Shown in pieces: positions 38,691 through 53,091 of a stretch of 64,000 nucleotides of DNA. The translations under genes were made by a program, and so were the position numbers. The DNA is from Camelus dromedarius (taxonomy: Eukaryota). The notes under the pieces were generated by a model. That model searched no databases. It had not been told where the DNA came from and saw only the letters and a program-made list of their open reading frames with translations. The stretch covers positions 28,584,001 to 28,648,000 of the forward strand of contig NC_087437.1 of NCBI RefSeq assembly GCF_036321535.1. Reading direction: 5' to 3'. The first letter of the stretch is position 1, and each line of letters starts with the position of its first letter.

Positions 38691-38950
38691 CCAAAAGCAA
38701 CTATTAGAACCTACCTTCCTTCCTTCCACTTAATTTTGGTTGAATCTGTTCTTTAAATCCTATCTTTCCAAGGTGAACACAGATTTTGGTTTTAGACTAA
38801 TAAAAGAAATGTTCATATATTGAGATATGGAGAAGTCATTCTAGCTTATATATGAGTTAACTTGAATTTTATGCTAACTAAAATAATCTGTTTGTGGCCT
38901 ATCAAACATATGTTATACAACTGCTTTAATTATTAAAGAAGAGGGCACAT

Positions 38951-39269
38951 TGACCAGAAGTAATGAATGTCCATATTAAAAATGAGGATTAAATGCCTCT
39001 CTTCCTGGGATGCTGTGCTGGTCCTGCTTTGATGATAAGACTTCCCTTCCTAGGCGCCAAGGCCATACTGACTCGCTGTGCATGTAACCTCGACTTGTTT
39101 AATGTTCTTTGTCTGACAAGATATAAAACCGTGCTGAAACTCCTGCTTCTCTGGAGAAGTTTCTCAGAGTAATCTGGGGAGCAGGCTTCCAGGCTATTCC
39201 TCGGTTTGGCTCAAACAAAACTGTTTTCTTTTCTTATTATTGATTGTTTACTGATTATTTTCATTGACA
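38951..39269 (+). mobile_element. ERV1-type solo LTR (MER34-like)
   Basis: gatataaaacc TATA, ttggctcaaacaaaact, ends TTGACA; TSD not clear. Confidence 0.55.
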
Positions 39270-42249
39270 AGACCTTCCTTCTTTTTAATAGAAACATATA
39301 AAGCTATCATTTTCTCTGTTTCGGCTAGCTTCCACAGATTTTGTTTTGCTATGTTTCCAGTATTATTCAGTTCAAAGTGGTATTGAAGCTGGAAGTCTAA
39401 ATGACCCTTTTCAAGGGATTCTACTGTCAAATAACACTTGGAAAGTCCATCTCACCAGAAGTCAGTAGACGTGGGTTTTAGCTCCACTTAACTTAGGCAA
39501 GTAGCTTGACTGTTGGTGTATCATTGCCTTCCCTTCTGAAACTTAAGAAACTGAATGAGCTATACCATAACTTCAGTCCATAAAGTTCTTTTTTTTTTTC
39601 TTATGGTTAAGTCAGTAAACAAGACCTCTACTAATTTATAAGCATAAAGATTGTTTAAGCCAAGTTTTCCTCTTTTTTCTGTTTTCCCAGAAGAGAAGCC
39701 ACTTGTCTACTGAGATGTTCTCAGGAGTTGAATGAAACATTTCATCAATTGTCTCTGTGGCTTTCTACATCCTCCTGTCAATTTCAAAGCCAAAATGGTC
39801 AATAGGCACATTCCTCGCCAGGTGAATTTTGCAATGTTCTCTAATTTCCCAATCAGAGTGTCATTTTTCTTTCCTTGGTTTGCTGTCAGTTTTCTTCCTT
39901 AGTATCTCTGCTATCACTCAACTCTAATTTCCAATTCCTCCTCAGTATTTTTATATCAGGCTACATTGTTCCTAAATAAAAGGAAAAACTACCATTGTCT
40001 GCTTTGGCCCAGAGTATTTTCACACTGTGCACGATTCAAAAGATGGATGCTGAGCTGCATTTGTTCTGCTGAATGGCAAAGTCAACAAAATAAGAACATG
40101 TCAAGAAAATGTCAAGTGTTAGCAAGAACAGAAAATAACAAGGTGAACAAAATTTAGAAAAAAAATCCTGCCACAAATGGGCTCCTTTCCAGCTATGAAT
40201 AAGTTTTTGTTATCTTTATGTCCTGTTAGAAAAAGTAATATTCAATTTATTAAGAAATCTAGTGAGCTTACTGCATCCACTATCTTTTCATTCAATTGCT
40301 TACTAAATATTTTTTGACTTACGACCTTATGACATAGAGTAGTGAACAAATCAGTCTCCTACTCATTAGTGCCATAAAAAGTCTTGGGATAATGAAAAGC
40401 TATATTTAGAGTTGATGTGGATCATTGGAATCAAAGACTTGCTGAGGCTACAGCACAAGAGAGCAGAAGTAAGTGATTCAAAGGTCAACATCTTTTGAAG
40501 ATGACAGCATGAAAGATGGGATAGAAAAGGAAAGATCAGAGAATGTCAAATAATTTGTTTTCTATTTTTCCTCACTGAATTAATCAAATTATTTCTAATT
40601 AAGTTTGTTGAAATACTATTACATTACAAAAGAAATACTTGTGAGAGTACAATTCAGAGTTAAGTCTTAAATCACTTTTATACTTAATTAAGAAACCAAT
40701 TGCTTGATGCTGTGTTATCAGGAAGTCAATACCATAATATATATTTCCTTTTCTTTATGAAATACACAACCATTTTGTATTAATCTAATTATTAATCTAT
40801 TAATCTAATTAATACAAAATTGATGAACCGAATCTTTTTACACTTTCTCACCTGAATTTGTAACACTGAGAGAAATATGTGGGAATTTTATACATACACA
40901 ATTACATTATGTGTGAATCTAGAATCAATTTATTAAAAAGTTAAGAGTATTTATTTAGAAATACCGCTCTATATCTCATAAATTAAATGATGTCTTTCAA
41001 ATTTGCTTGTTGGAAAAAAATTTTTAAGTTTATTTTCTGTTAGGTCTTGTTCTATAACATTCAGTTTGGAGGATTCCATATTTTATATGGGGTCGGGGGG
41101 TACCACATTTCTGAAGATAGATTTGAAAACAAAAGAATATATTGTCTCTCATATAAAATTTTATACATATGACTTAAGTCACCAAACATTAAGCATTGTA
41201 CTTTTATTTCATATGAAATATGAGAATGCTAGAATTTTTTAAAGGATGGATTGCCTAGTTGATAGTTTATGAGTATCAAGGCTGCAGATAAGCAGAATCC
41301 AAGCCTATCTTTCAAAATTCCTTATCATCCAATCCTTTTTATCTGGTGGTAGGGATGAAAGGGAGAGATAAATGTTTCTAGATAGAAGGGTGAAATGGAA
41401 AATTAGAAAAAGAGAGGTATTTTTGAGTAAGAAGGTGTGGCCATTTCTTAAAACAGACCATTGATAGGTCGACAACATTTACGTAAAATGTATATTTGAG
41501 TCAAGTAATCTTTTATACTTTAATCTTCACTATTACCAATAATATGGTATGTAGCAGGCTAAAATGTATTGATAGGGGTTATATTGTCATTAAATAGATA
41601 TGATGACTAGAAATGATGACAGTATTGTCACAGTTTACAGCTATTGCCCTGCTAGATTTATACATAATTGTCTAAGTATTATTTATCTCAGTAAAATGCT
41701 TAAAGGAAATTGTTTACTTTAAATATATATTATATTCATCTTTTAATACTTACATCCTAACATCTGAACAAAGATAAACATTTTTCCTGTTAAAGATGGG
41801 AGACAGGGCACATGCATTTGTCCCTGGTTAAGTTTTTGCTTAAAAAAAAAAAAGTAAGCTGTGTGAATAAGAATAAACTCATAATAGAAAAGAAGAATTG
41901 TGGAGGTTAGGATAGAGGAAATGTCATCGTGAATGAGAAATTTCACTATATTTCTGCAAAACAGAAAAAGGATGAGACATCACAGAGGAAACAAACCAGA
42001 CATATAGAATCATGAGGTGTACGGTGAACTTTATCCCCATAAAATAAACAGAAGACATATCTCTAAAACTCTAGAGCACAGCTTTGGAGGAAAACTATCT
42101 CTATTCAGGTTTTACTGTGTCATTTGGGAGAGCTTGAGTCAGGGAGACCAGTGCCAGAGCTGTTCAGTATTCCAGTGCTCACACCCAACCTGCCCTGCCC
42201 CATGTAGAGCAACTGGTCAGAATTTCCACTCCAGGAAGGTCCTTGTAAG

Positions 42250-42800
42250 AGAATGGTTCTACTTACACAAACGCACACCATTTACAAATTTTTTTAAGGA
42301 GGTGGCTCTTAACAATTGTTTTCTATGGTTATCGGATTTTTAAAAATATTTCCCACTGTAGGGTCAGTTTTCATAATACATATCTTCCCAGAAAATCAGT
42401 CATTTCATCCATGTTTAAAAATATATTTTCATGGAGATTGATTAAATAGTAAACTTCGATTATTTTAATTTTCTCTGTATCTGTGATTCTTTCCTCATCT
42501 TTCTTATTCTTTTATATTTGTACTTTTCCTCCTCTTCTTTTGATTAGGCTAAAGTTATAACTTTTTATAATAAACACTTATTTAATTTAGTTACTACTTC
42601 AAATCTCTTTCACTTTTATACTTAATTTCTGTCTGTATTTTTATAATTTACTTGATTTTTCTTACGTTGAACTTGGCAAGTTCAGTTTCTTGAATTTCTT
42701 CTAAGTTAGTTTATTTTGACTCTTTTCTCTTGATTTATACACATATTCAAAACTATAAAATTTCCTCTGAGCACAGTTTTAGACAGCATCCCATAGTAAT
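42250..42800 (-). mobile_element. Old L1 fragment
   Basis: T-rich strand with ctataaaatttcctctgagcacagttttagacagcatcccata. Confidence 0.55.
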
Positions 42801-43089
42801 GAATGGTATTTTCTAGGTATTCTGAAGTTAGAGGTTTGATTAAAGGTTTGATATTCCAAGAACTTGAAAGAGATGAAAAAAAGATTCACTTATTTTTCAT
42901 CCACTTGATATTTCATAGTTAAAAGAGGTAAGTCAAAACCTTCCAACCACATTTGGTTTTCATATTTATCTTTCTTTACAAATTTGGGTGTTAAACCATA
43001 AAATGATTTGTGGAAAATAAGAGGTGGCAGGTAATAATATTTTCTTTTTATTAAAATAATTACTGTTGATCTTAATAGTTGTATCCAAC

Positions 43090-43290
43090 ATTTATAGCAT
43101 TATATCAGTTCCATGTGCAAGGTACTCTTCTGAGCTCAATGTATACATTTGTTTATTCAATCATTCTCATTTTGCACATGAGAAGTGCAAAAACTGAGTC
43201 TTAGAGAGGTTAAATAAATTATGCTGAGTCATACACCTAGTAAATTAGAAAACGTAGACTCTATCCTGGGTCCCTAACTCCAAAGCTAAA
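43090..43290 (-). mobile_element. MIR SINE
   Basis: aaactgagtcttagagaggttaaataa...cacctagtaaat. Confidence 0.65.
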
Positions 43291-44414
43291 GCTCATACCT
43301 CACAACAATTACATGTGGGGGGAAGAGTATAGAAAGTAGAGGCAGGTAACTTACATTCTCGCCTAATCTCTGCAGCAGTAAGATCTGGCAGAGGCCAATC
43401 AAGCTCTGTGGCACTGAGTTGGGGCTGCACTAAATGTGTTTAAAAGTCGACTGCGTTAGCATCAATGTTACGTGATTTTTTATTTACTATTCTAGGAGTG
43501 GAGATGAATTTACGCACCCCAAATAACGCTATTGGGTCAGTGGCATCATCTCTGATATGGATAGCTGTGACTAAGGGTGTGTTCCAGAGTCACAGAACAA
43601 AGAAAAGCTACCTGGCCTCATTACACTGATCTCATTAAAACTATACTGTAACCAATTGATTTAAGTAATAGTGAACTAAGATCTCATGCAGACCTAGAAC
43701 CAATACCAGACTCTCAGAAATCCTAGCGGTCAGCTGGCATCAGAACAATATAAATCCATGTGACAATTGCACTGGACGTGAGATTCAGGTTTAATCAATA
43801 CCAATTATGTTGGGTTTGACTGGCCCACTGTTGGACCAGTTTTGGTCATGTGTTTAGTACAACTTGGAATACAAAACCCACTTCTGTTTACTCAATCAAA
43901 AACAAAAGAAAATATAGCACTCCCATATCCCTCCAAAGGAAAGCAAAGATGAAATATATACATATTGAAAGGAAAATATACTGCACTGAAGAAAAAGATA
44001 AATAACTAGAGCTAAGAGAGGACAGTAACTAGTCCTCAGTATCTAGTTGGCTAGAAACAGAGGGCAGTCTCTTCAGAATGATGATAGAAGAATCAGCTCC
44101 AAAGATAGCATCTTTTTGTCACTTGAGGTTCAGGATTAGGGCATGTGGAATCCCATCACTCAAGGTTGGTTAATGAGTACCGCTTGCTCAGGGAAGCGGT
44201 CATCTTATTTTATAGTCTCACCAAAAGAACCTTCAGTTATGGAGGGATGGATCCACAAAAGCTGAGATCATGTTACAGAAGAGGAATGAATGTTAAGCAG
44301 GAAATAATGACAGAAAACCACCATACTCAGTGCATTTTTTACTTTGTTGTGCTGCAGAGAGCAAGTCCACTGAACTTAATATAGCATCATGCAACAGTGT
44401 TTTAGCAAATTCAA

Positions 44415-44815
44415 CTTGGCTATGTATGTCTGAAAGCTCAAAACAACGGCTTAAGTAAGATCGAAGTTTATTTCCCTCTCACATAAAAGAGACAGTTGTC
44501 CAGAGCTGTTTCCCAGTTAGCTTGCCTCCCTCTTCAAAGTCACCTTCAAGACAGCTTCATCCATCAAATCTGATTTTCAGGCAGTAGGAAGGGAAAGGCA
44601 GGGGGCAAAAGAACATACCTCCCATTTGAGTCAGCTTCTGATAAAATATCCTCTCCAGAATTTCCCCCCAATTTTTTAAATTACATCCCATCACCCAGAA
44701 TTTTGTCACCTAACAATAAAGGTAGGTGGCTGGAAATGTAGTCCATTACATGAGTGCCTTGTATCCCCAGGTATAATTGGGGTTCTGAACTAAGGAAGGA
44801 GAGAATGAATACTGT
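44415..44815 (-). mobile_element. MaLR LTR (MLT1-like)
   Basis: ggcttaagtaagatcgaagtttatttccctctcacat, ggctggaaatgtagtc, aaggaaggagagaatgaata. Confidence 0.6.
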
Positions 44816-45789
44816 CTCTACTATACTTAGAAATTACTTCTCTAATTTGCACAGTGCAGGATTAATTCAGGGCAGCTATAACAATCAGAGTTTTAAACAA
44901 CTCAACTTTTAGCGATCAATGATGTCATATGTCTAAGATTTTGAAGTTCTCTTTTTCCTTCTTGCCAATCATTTGTATTTTTTTCTTAATTGGCTGCTAT
45001 TTTCAATCAAGTACAATTGCCCTAAAGTCACATTCCACTGATTAGAGTTGTCTTCTAATGATTAATGAGCCAGTCTGAAATTCACACTGTGCTTACTTAG
45101 AACATGATAGCATCATTCAGTAATGAACTTTCAAGAGATTATTTACTTCCCGTTGCCATATTTCTAATCAAGTGTTCATATGCATAATGAATACTTCAAG
45201 AGAAATCTGTTTTTTGCATTGTTTACAAAAAGAGTCATCTTTATAATGAACCATGAGTGTGTGTTGAGATGGATTATCCAGTCAAATCTGAACAGGAATT
45301 AAAATATCTCAAGGATCCATAAAACAGTAAAACACAATGGTCTTTAAAATTCTAATAAAATCATGCGAACTCAAATATGGTAGAGACCTTGAGATTCATT
45401 TGACCAGCCTCTAATCCAATTATATGAATATAACCACCAGCAGGTGATTCTCTAGCATTTTGTGAACACCCTCTGGAAACTGGAAACTAATCACCTCTTG
45501 TCAGTCCCCTCCAGAAGTCAGTCATTGTTAGAACATCCTTTTATTGAGCAAAGCCACAGAATTTACCTTCCCCATCATCATCTTTAACTTTTCTCTCCTG
45601 CCATGCTAGAGGTTTATGTGGTAAGTATTTACCTTAGGCAGAGGCCATCAGTATTGACAGCCGTATTAGAACACAAATTTAATTTCACAACAGGATAGCA
45701 AAAGTGGCGAAAAGATCCCCAAAGACTACCAAAGTCAGGGAAACGGACAGAGAATGATGGATTGGGGAGGGGCAGGAAGACAAGATTGG

Positions 45790-46470
45790 TAGGCAACATT
45801 TGAGCAGAGACCAGAGGGATCAGGGAACTATGCAGATTTCTCTCTGCCCAGAGTCCAAGGCAGAGAAAACAGAAGGGGAAAGGGCCGCTGAGGTAGGGTC
45901 TGAGTCTGGTGGGTGTGCTCAGGAAATGGCAAGTCCAGTGTCACCAGAACAGAGTGAATGAGGGGAAACTGGTGGGTGGTTTAGACTGAGAGATAGTGAG
46001 TGGGACTGCGAGGGTGATATAAAATCTTTGAAAGGTTTTAAGCAAAGGAGTGACACGATCTTAGTTTTAAAAGAATCACTGATATGTGGAGAACAGATTG
46101 CAAGGCAAGGGGGAAGCAGAGGGACCACTTAGGGGGCTGCTGCAATAGTCAAGTAGAGATATTATTAGGTTACACCAAGATAATAATAGTGTGTAAGTGG
46201 TCTGATTCTAGTTACGTGCTGTTGGAAGAGCCTACATGATGTACTAATGGATTCTATGCGCAAAAAGGAACAAAATATAATGAATCAGATGATTTTATCT
46301 TGAGCACCTGGAAGAATGACTGTACCACTTACAGAAGTGACAAATCTTGGGGGAAGAGCACACTTATGCGGGGGAAAATCAAATGCTTGAGTTTTATTTT
46401 AATGTGCCATTTAGACATTTAAAGGAGGATACTGAGTAGGCAGGTAGATATGTGAGTTGGAATTTAGCAG
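45790..46470 (-). mobile_element. L2 LINE fragment
   Basis: ggttttaagcaaaggagtgacacgatc, ttgagcacctggaagaatg, tgccatttagacatttaaag. Confidence 0.75.
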
Positions 46471-46655
46471 AACAGCATTAGTCCAAAGTCTTACATGTTG
46501 TTTGGCACTTAAGGTAACATCTATATTGTAAAGGGTTGGGTTTAGTGATGACAAATGTTTTATCCAGGTCTAAATTTTAATACTTTTGATACGGTCATGA
46601 TGCCAGTGGTATTCTAGAAGATTTTTTTTTTAGTTTAAAAATTGTGGCAGATAGT

Positions 46656-47013
46656 GTAGTATACCCACTGCCTTCAGGAGGAAGGCCCTCATATCCCCAG
46701 CTACTGGGAGTACTGGGTGTTTAGATTGCACAGTTGCATCACACTTGGGGCACTGCCCTTCCTTTGAAGGACATCCCTGGCCCATCTCTTCCCCTGACTG
46801 TAGCTTAAATCCAATGACTGGTCAGTTAAGCAGGATAATAAGCCCTGGACCCTTTGCTTCCATTTGAGAACACTGCACAATGTACCACAGTTCAGCTTCT
46901 TCTGCTCAGTTCTCTCCCATTACTCTTTAGAAGTATTCCTGGGAGCACTCCTGAACCTCTGATACCCAAATCTCCATCTCAGAATCTGTTTTTCAGAGAA
47001 TACAACTTAAGCC
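46656..47013 (+). mobile_element. ERVL LTR (LTR33-like)
   Basis: atccccagctactgggagt...aaatctccatctcagaatctgttttcagagaa. Confidence 0.55.
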
Positions 47014-49008
47014 ACGAATGTCTCACAAAAGTGAATTTTCATAAAGCGTTTTAAATTTTTTAAAAAAGTTACAATTGAATTTGGTATTATTTGCATTATT
47101 TATTAAAACTATCCAAAAATACTAGTGGAAGAAGAGCAGTCAATTAAACTATATCCTATTTAGAAGTGTTTCAGCTAATATAGATTCATCTACGCAGAAT
47201 CAGTCTAATGGCAAATATGAACTTCTTTTGCCTTGTATTCTTTTTAAAAGTTCAATTTTAGATTAAACTATAGACCATCACACTTAAAGGATATTCTGAC
47301 ATCTTTTATGTTTAACAAAAACAGAAAACAATTTTGAACTAAATAAAACTTCAATTGCAAAAATACTTCAGAACAACATGGTGTGTTCATTATTTTTATA
47401 ATTCAAAAACCTCACAAAAGACACCAGGATCAAATTCTCAAAGCTTTTGTGCAGATTCTCATCTGTCAATCAAATGCTCCCTTTCTGAACATGTTACTTT
47501 TCGTCATTTCGAAGAGTTGACATTTCTGTGATTAAGATTACCCCCTCATTTAAAAAAATCTCCCCTTCTAACTTTCTGTGTTTTTCAGTATTTTCTTCTA
47601 AAAAACACTAATAAATGGTCTTTTGATTGATTCATTTTGTTTACTTGACTGCTTACAAACCCTAGCAAGTTTAAGAATCATAGAGAATATTTATTCTTCT
47701 AAAATTTTAAGCAGCAAAGCCAGTTTAACATTTAAACTTGAGTGAATTTTCTTGGCTTTTATTATACATTTACTAATACTGATTTAAAAATTTTTTTGAA
47801 AAACAACAAGAAAAAGCAAGACCAAAAAAAAAAAAAAAAAGAGAGATACACTAAAAAACACAGTACTTAATTGTTTTTTTGTGAGTAATTCCTCTGAATT
47901 CAGAAACATCTGTTCAACAGTTGCTTGGAAACTGGTGACCCTTATCTATTCTGTTCCTTTAAAATTTCAACCTTCAAATTCTTTCTTTTTGTTGATAAAA
48001 TAAGCCTATGTCTTAAAGAGAAGGTGGGCAATGCTATTTAAATGAGTTTGTGGTGAAATAGCAAAATTTCAAGTTATAGTTCATAAGAAAATGAAAGATT
48101 GTTATCCTAATCTTAATATTAATGACTGAGATGATTTTTAATATTTTGGAGATAAATTTCAAGTTTAAACTCTCTGGCTAAAATTCCACTATAGAATTTT
48201 TTTTTGCCCTTGTAACCAATCTGAGTAAGGAGATTATGATATGGATTAAAAACAATGCAATGGATGTACTATGTCATATTATCCCTTAACTGTTTTTCCA
48301 AGTGATCACGTATTGCATAAGATAGATTTTTTTTTGGTTTGTTTTCTTGGCTCAAATTATAAAACAGGAAAACTGTATCAGTTTCTTTAATCTGTACAGT
48401 GGCCTAGAATGGCTCTATATGCCCCCTCAGAAACCAGTTAGCCAGTAGGAGCTGCATTAGATTTTTGTTTGTGTGGTTCCAAAAGGGAGAACAGAGAGCC
48501 ATATGTGAACACGGCAGATGGGCTTATTTCAGCATAGTGGTGGGAGGAACCTTCAAACAATTACAACTGCGCAAAATTCAAATGAGCAGTAGGTTGCCAT
48601 CCCTTGCTCTGCTTAGGTATCTTTCATTGGAGGAAATCTAGTGGAGGGGACTACAGCATTGGACAGCAAAGGAGATCCTCATTCTAATTCTGGGATTTTC
48701 TGATTTAAATGGATGACTTATTTGAATATAACCCCTGCCTCTAAATCAGGAATATTTTAAATATATATTGGAAAATTTGCATTTTAAAGCAGCAAAGCCA
48801 ATTTATCCAATTCTGTTTCTCTCAGGACTACAGAATTTGCTCAGAGCTGGAATCTATTGGCAAGTTTTAATTGTTTTTGAACTTGCTGTCACTAGGGCCG
48901 CCATGAGGGGATTCACCTTGCAGTCACTCGGAGGAGGAGGCCCCTGCCAGGCTGCCAAATGGTAGTGACCATGGCAATGCGAGTCAAAATAGTCCCAGTG
49001 AGGCCGTC

Positions 49009-49462
49009 CGCAGCAGGTGGAATAACGGCCCCCACAGGTCCCCGTGTCCTAGCCTGTGGAACCCGTGCATATGTCACCTGACATGGCAAACAGACTTTTG
49101 CAGACGCGATGTTAACAGCCCTGAGACGGGGAGGCTATCCAGGTGGGCCTGATCCAAGCACACAGGTCCTTAAAAGCTGAAGCCATTTTGAAAGGCAGGA
49201 GAGATGAAATAGTACAATCTTTGAAGATGGGGGAAGGGGATCATGAAACAAGGACTATGGGCACCGCTAGAAGCTGGAAAACGTAAGGAAATGAGTTCCC
49301 CTTTGGAGAAAGCAAAGAAAGCAGCCCTGCCAACAGCCTGATTGTAGCTCAGTGAGACCCGGGTCAGACTTTGACTTCCAGAACTTCTGCTTATAATCTT
49401 GTGCGGTTTGAAAGCACTACACTTGTGGCAATTTGTTATGAAAGCAATAGGAAACCAACACA
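49009..49462 (+). mobile_element. MaLR LTR (MLT1C/D-like)
   Basis: gaataacggccccc, tgtcacctgacatggcaaa, tgtggcaatttgttatgaaagcaataggaaaccaacaca. Confidence 0.8.
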
Positions 49463-49469
49463 GTACCTG

Positions 49470-49620
49470 TGAGGGCGCACGACTCTACCTCCGCCAAGAG
49501 GCTGTGAGAAAGGCAGCCGGCGCGCGCAGACCTCGCGTGGCGCGGCGCTCTCCCGCGGGAAACGTGCAGCTGGACCAGTTCACCCACCTCCCGTTGTGCA
49601 GGTCTGCGTGTCTGCAAACA
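49470..49620. promoter_or_regulatory. Small CpG-dense patch with an E2F-like palindrome
   Basis: About 17 CpGs in ~135 bp; TCTCCCGCGGGAAA at 49549-49562. Confidence 0.35.
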
Positions 49621-50364
49621 ACCGACAGTCACATTTAAGGAGAATATTCGTAATAGCTTTTGAAATATTCACTCTGAGATATAGCAAGACCTGAAAAATT
49701 GTTTCGAATCATTAACTTAAAAATAAGATCTTTGGCATTGTCTTGGTTTAGTATCTACAGTACTGTTATTACCTTTTCATTATTGTAAAACTTGCAGTCC
49801 ATCCTGACTCAGAACAAATGTTAGTAATCTGTTGCTGAGAAACCAGATGTGACCGTCAGTGGCGTGTGGATTGGCTCTGTTTCAGCCAAAAGGGCCTTAG
49901 GCACATTTACAAAGTAAAATGAATACACCTGCGTTGCTTTCTCACTTTCTCGTCTGTATCCCTCGCTGCCTCTGAGCTATCTCAGAGCTCAGCACAGGGT
50001 CTGCCACCGCGTAAGGTCGACATCACTTTAAAGTTATTCAATTCTTCACTTCCTTCCTTCCTTCCCCTGAGCTCAGAACAGTTAGTACCTCACAGTGCTT
50101 ATCTTTAGCAGGTAGGAGACCACAGGATTAAGGTAATTCCTTCTGAGGGTAAAAGCCTTAACCTGTGCAGGGTGAGGTCTGATGAACTACGTACAACCCT
50201 AATCAATGGACTAAGTGGGGAACTATTTTTGAAGTAGAGTACCTTGAAAGGGACGTGTTTACTGAGCGGCCTCAGCTCCGCTCCGCTCTGCAGCCCTCCA
50301 GCCCGCAGGGAGTCTGCCGAGGCTCACAACGTGGCACCTGGGTTTGAGTTCAAAGACCCCGAGG

Positions 50365-50560
50365 CAGACAAAGCTGACTGACTGAGTTCAGGTGCTGCTG
50401 CTGAGTAGCTGTGCCTGAGCTTCCATTTCCTCCTCCGTGAAGCAAAGATAGTAACAATGACTAACTCTTAGGTCTGCTGTGAGGTCTGAGTGAAATCACA
50501 GGTATCAGCTGCTTAACACAGTGCCGGGTATGGAGCAAGGACTCAATATACATTGTCTGT
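50365..50560 (+). mobile_element. MIR SINE
   Basis: ctgagcttccatttcctcctccgtgaa, gcttaacacagtgccgg. Confidence 0.65.
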
Positions 50561-51113
50561 CAGATATCATCTAGGGCAGGCCCTGGATACAGCATTTTGT
50601 GGAAACACAGGAAAGCAAAAAAGGTTTTGACCCCGTGGAGCTTAGACCCCATGGAGCTCTGCCCCACCCTCCCAGCATCCCCTGTCTGTGAGCAGACACC
50701 AGAAAAGCAACAGGTCACTTTAAAATGTAGTTAACGTTTACATACCTGGAATTTCCAAACAAATTTTTATCAACAACAATAAAGCCCATTACCTAAATCC
50801 TCGTGTATATAGGGGTATTTACTTATTTCCTTAGAATTCTCACAGTTCAACGAGGGAGAAATACAAAGGAGAAAATGTATAATTCATGGATTTTTTTCCC
50901 CTTTAATTATAACACACTGAATAAATAAGTGGGGGTATTTTAGAAAGATTATCTTTTAAAAACATTTCATGGTAGTTCAAAAAAGGAATATAAATCTTGG
51001 AATAAGTCTCCACATCTTCCCCAGGAACTCTTTGTTGAGTTTACTTTGTCAGCGCTATTAAACAGAGAGTGAAGTCAAGGACATCAAGAAAGATTTGGTG
51101 AAGACAAGTAACG

Positions 51114-51470
51114 TGATATCACTTATAAGTGGAATCTAAAAAAATGACACAAACAAACTTATAAAATGGAAGTAAACTTTCTGACATAGAAAACAAACTA
51201 ATGGTTACCAAAGGGGAAAAGAGGGGAATGAATTAGGAGTTTGGGATTAACAGATACACACTACTATATATAAAATAGATAAATAACAAGGTCCTATTGT
51301 AGAGCACAGGGAACTATATTTAATGTCTTGTAGTAACCTATAATGGAAAAGAATCAGAAAAAAAAAAGTATATATATAACTGAATCACTTTGCTATTCAC
51401 CCGAAACTACAACATTGTAAATCAACTATACTTCAATTAAAAAATAAAATAAGAAAAAAAATTTAAGTAA
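51114..51470 (+). mobile_element. Artiodactyl-type L1 3' end with A-rich tail
   Basis: atcacttataagtggaatctaaaaaaatgacacaa...agcacagggaactatatt...caacattgtaaatcaactatacttcaattaaaaa. Confidence 0.88.
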
Positions 51471-52544
51471 AACAATAAATTTTAAAAAGCCAAAAAAGAG
51501 GAATAATTTCGTGAAATTTGTTAGGTGCCAGTAACTATTAATGGCTCTATTCTGAGAAATTAAAAAGAAAACCCAAACAAAACCAAAACAAAAATCCTCA
51601 ATTTTAATTTTAGAATTGAAAAAAAAAAAAGGTAGACTGCAGCCTGAACTGTAAAATAAGTTAAAAAAAGTTAAAAAAAAATAATTTCAAAATGGCCCCC
51701 TTGAGTATTTCAGAAAATAAGACTCGAGATGTTTTTCAAAAGTTAAATTTTGGGAAATGGCTTAGTATGATAAAAGCAGGTTTTCTCCTTAAGATATGCC
51801 ATTCAGAATTGATTACCTTCCTTCACAGGATGCAACAATAGATATGATTGACAAGCATGCCAAAGGCTTCACTCTTCTAGCTGATTATCAACTGTTCCTT
51901 CCGGGGGCCGATTTCAATGAGTTGTTATAGTTTGAGGTGCTGTCACAGACTCACTGGAAGGAACTAGAAATGTTATAGCTCCTTGTGTCTGCAGGTCCAT
52001 CAGGATTCCAGGTCTGAATATTATGTCTAACTTAATAGTATAATTTTTAGAAGTTTTTGGAACTATCTGAGAAATGGAGTAGTTACTTCAATTAAATCTT
52101 TATAAGAGCGCTGTAGAACATCAGAACAGTGCTGTCTCTATTCAGTCTCATTTAACTTCTTGTGATTCTGAATAGATATTCACTATTGCGGATAGTGAAC
52201 TGAGTATTTGGCTGGCATGTACAATTCAAATGTAATACATTATTTATATGCTAATACTTCTTTGAGCAGAAATTGAGTAAATACCCCTTGTGGCATGAGG
52301 GGATAAATCTAACTCTTATATACCTATATTCTGCTGAAGAGAAATTGTGAACATTCATAAATTTAAAGTTAATCAATCCTTCCTAGGACAAACCAGTCAA
52401 TAAAAATCACAAACTAGCATGTTTAATCTGCACAGAAAGGTGTTATCTTTCTAAGACTAACATATATAAATTACTTAACATGGTGTCTGGCACATGGCAG
52501 ACACTCAATGAAGCTTAACTATTATTGTCATTTAGAAGTAGTAT

Positions 52545-53010
52545 TTGATCTTGAGTTATAAAGATTTTATTAAATTTTCTCTTACGTACAATGGAGTACA
52601 GAGGTGGGCTCTTCAGGGCTGGCATATTGACTCCTTCATGTTATCAATATATTGGAATACTTCTATTTTTTACTTTGCTATTCTTAGTAGAAGCTTACAT
52701 CTTCAGCACCTCATGCTCACAGTATGGCTGCCATGATCCCACCTATCACATACAAGGAGAGGAAGGAAAAAGTTGGTTGTGCAAAATGGTGAAGGCCAGT
52801 TGAACCCATGCTATTTGAAAGAAACTCTTCCAGAGTTCCCATCAATAACTTGTGCTCAAATTTTGTTGTCCTGATTGCAATCACATGCCTTCCCCTTTCA
52901 GGTGAGATGGGAAATGTATTTTAACTGGATGCATTGTCAAACCTAAAAAAAATAAAAAATTCTGCTATTAAGAAAGAAGGGAAATTTGGATTTGGATAGG
53001 CAACTATATG
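52545..53010 (-). mobile_element. MaLR LTR (MLT1-like)
   Basis: gggaaatgtattttaactggatgcattg...aagaaagaagggaaatttggatttggataggcaacta. Confidence 0.55.
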
Positions 53011-53091
53011 ACTATAATTATTGGGAGGTCCACAGATAAATCAGTCCTTTCTCAGCGGTTTACTTCTCTCAATGACATTATAGTTCCCTTT

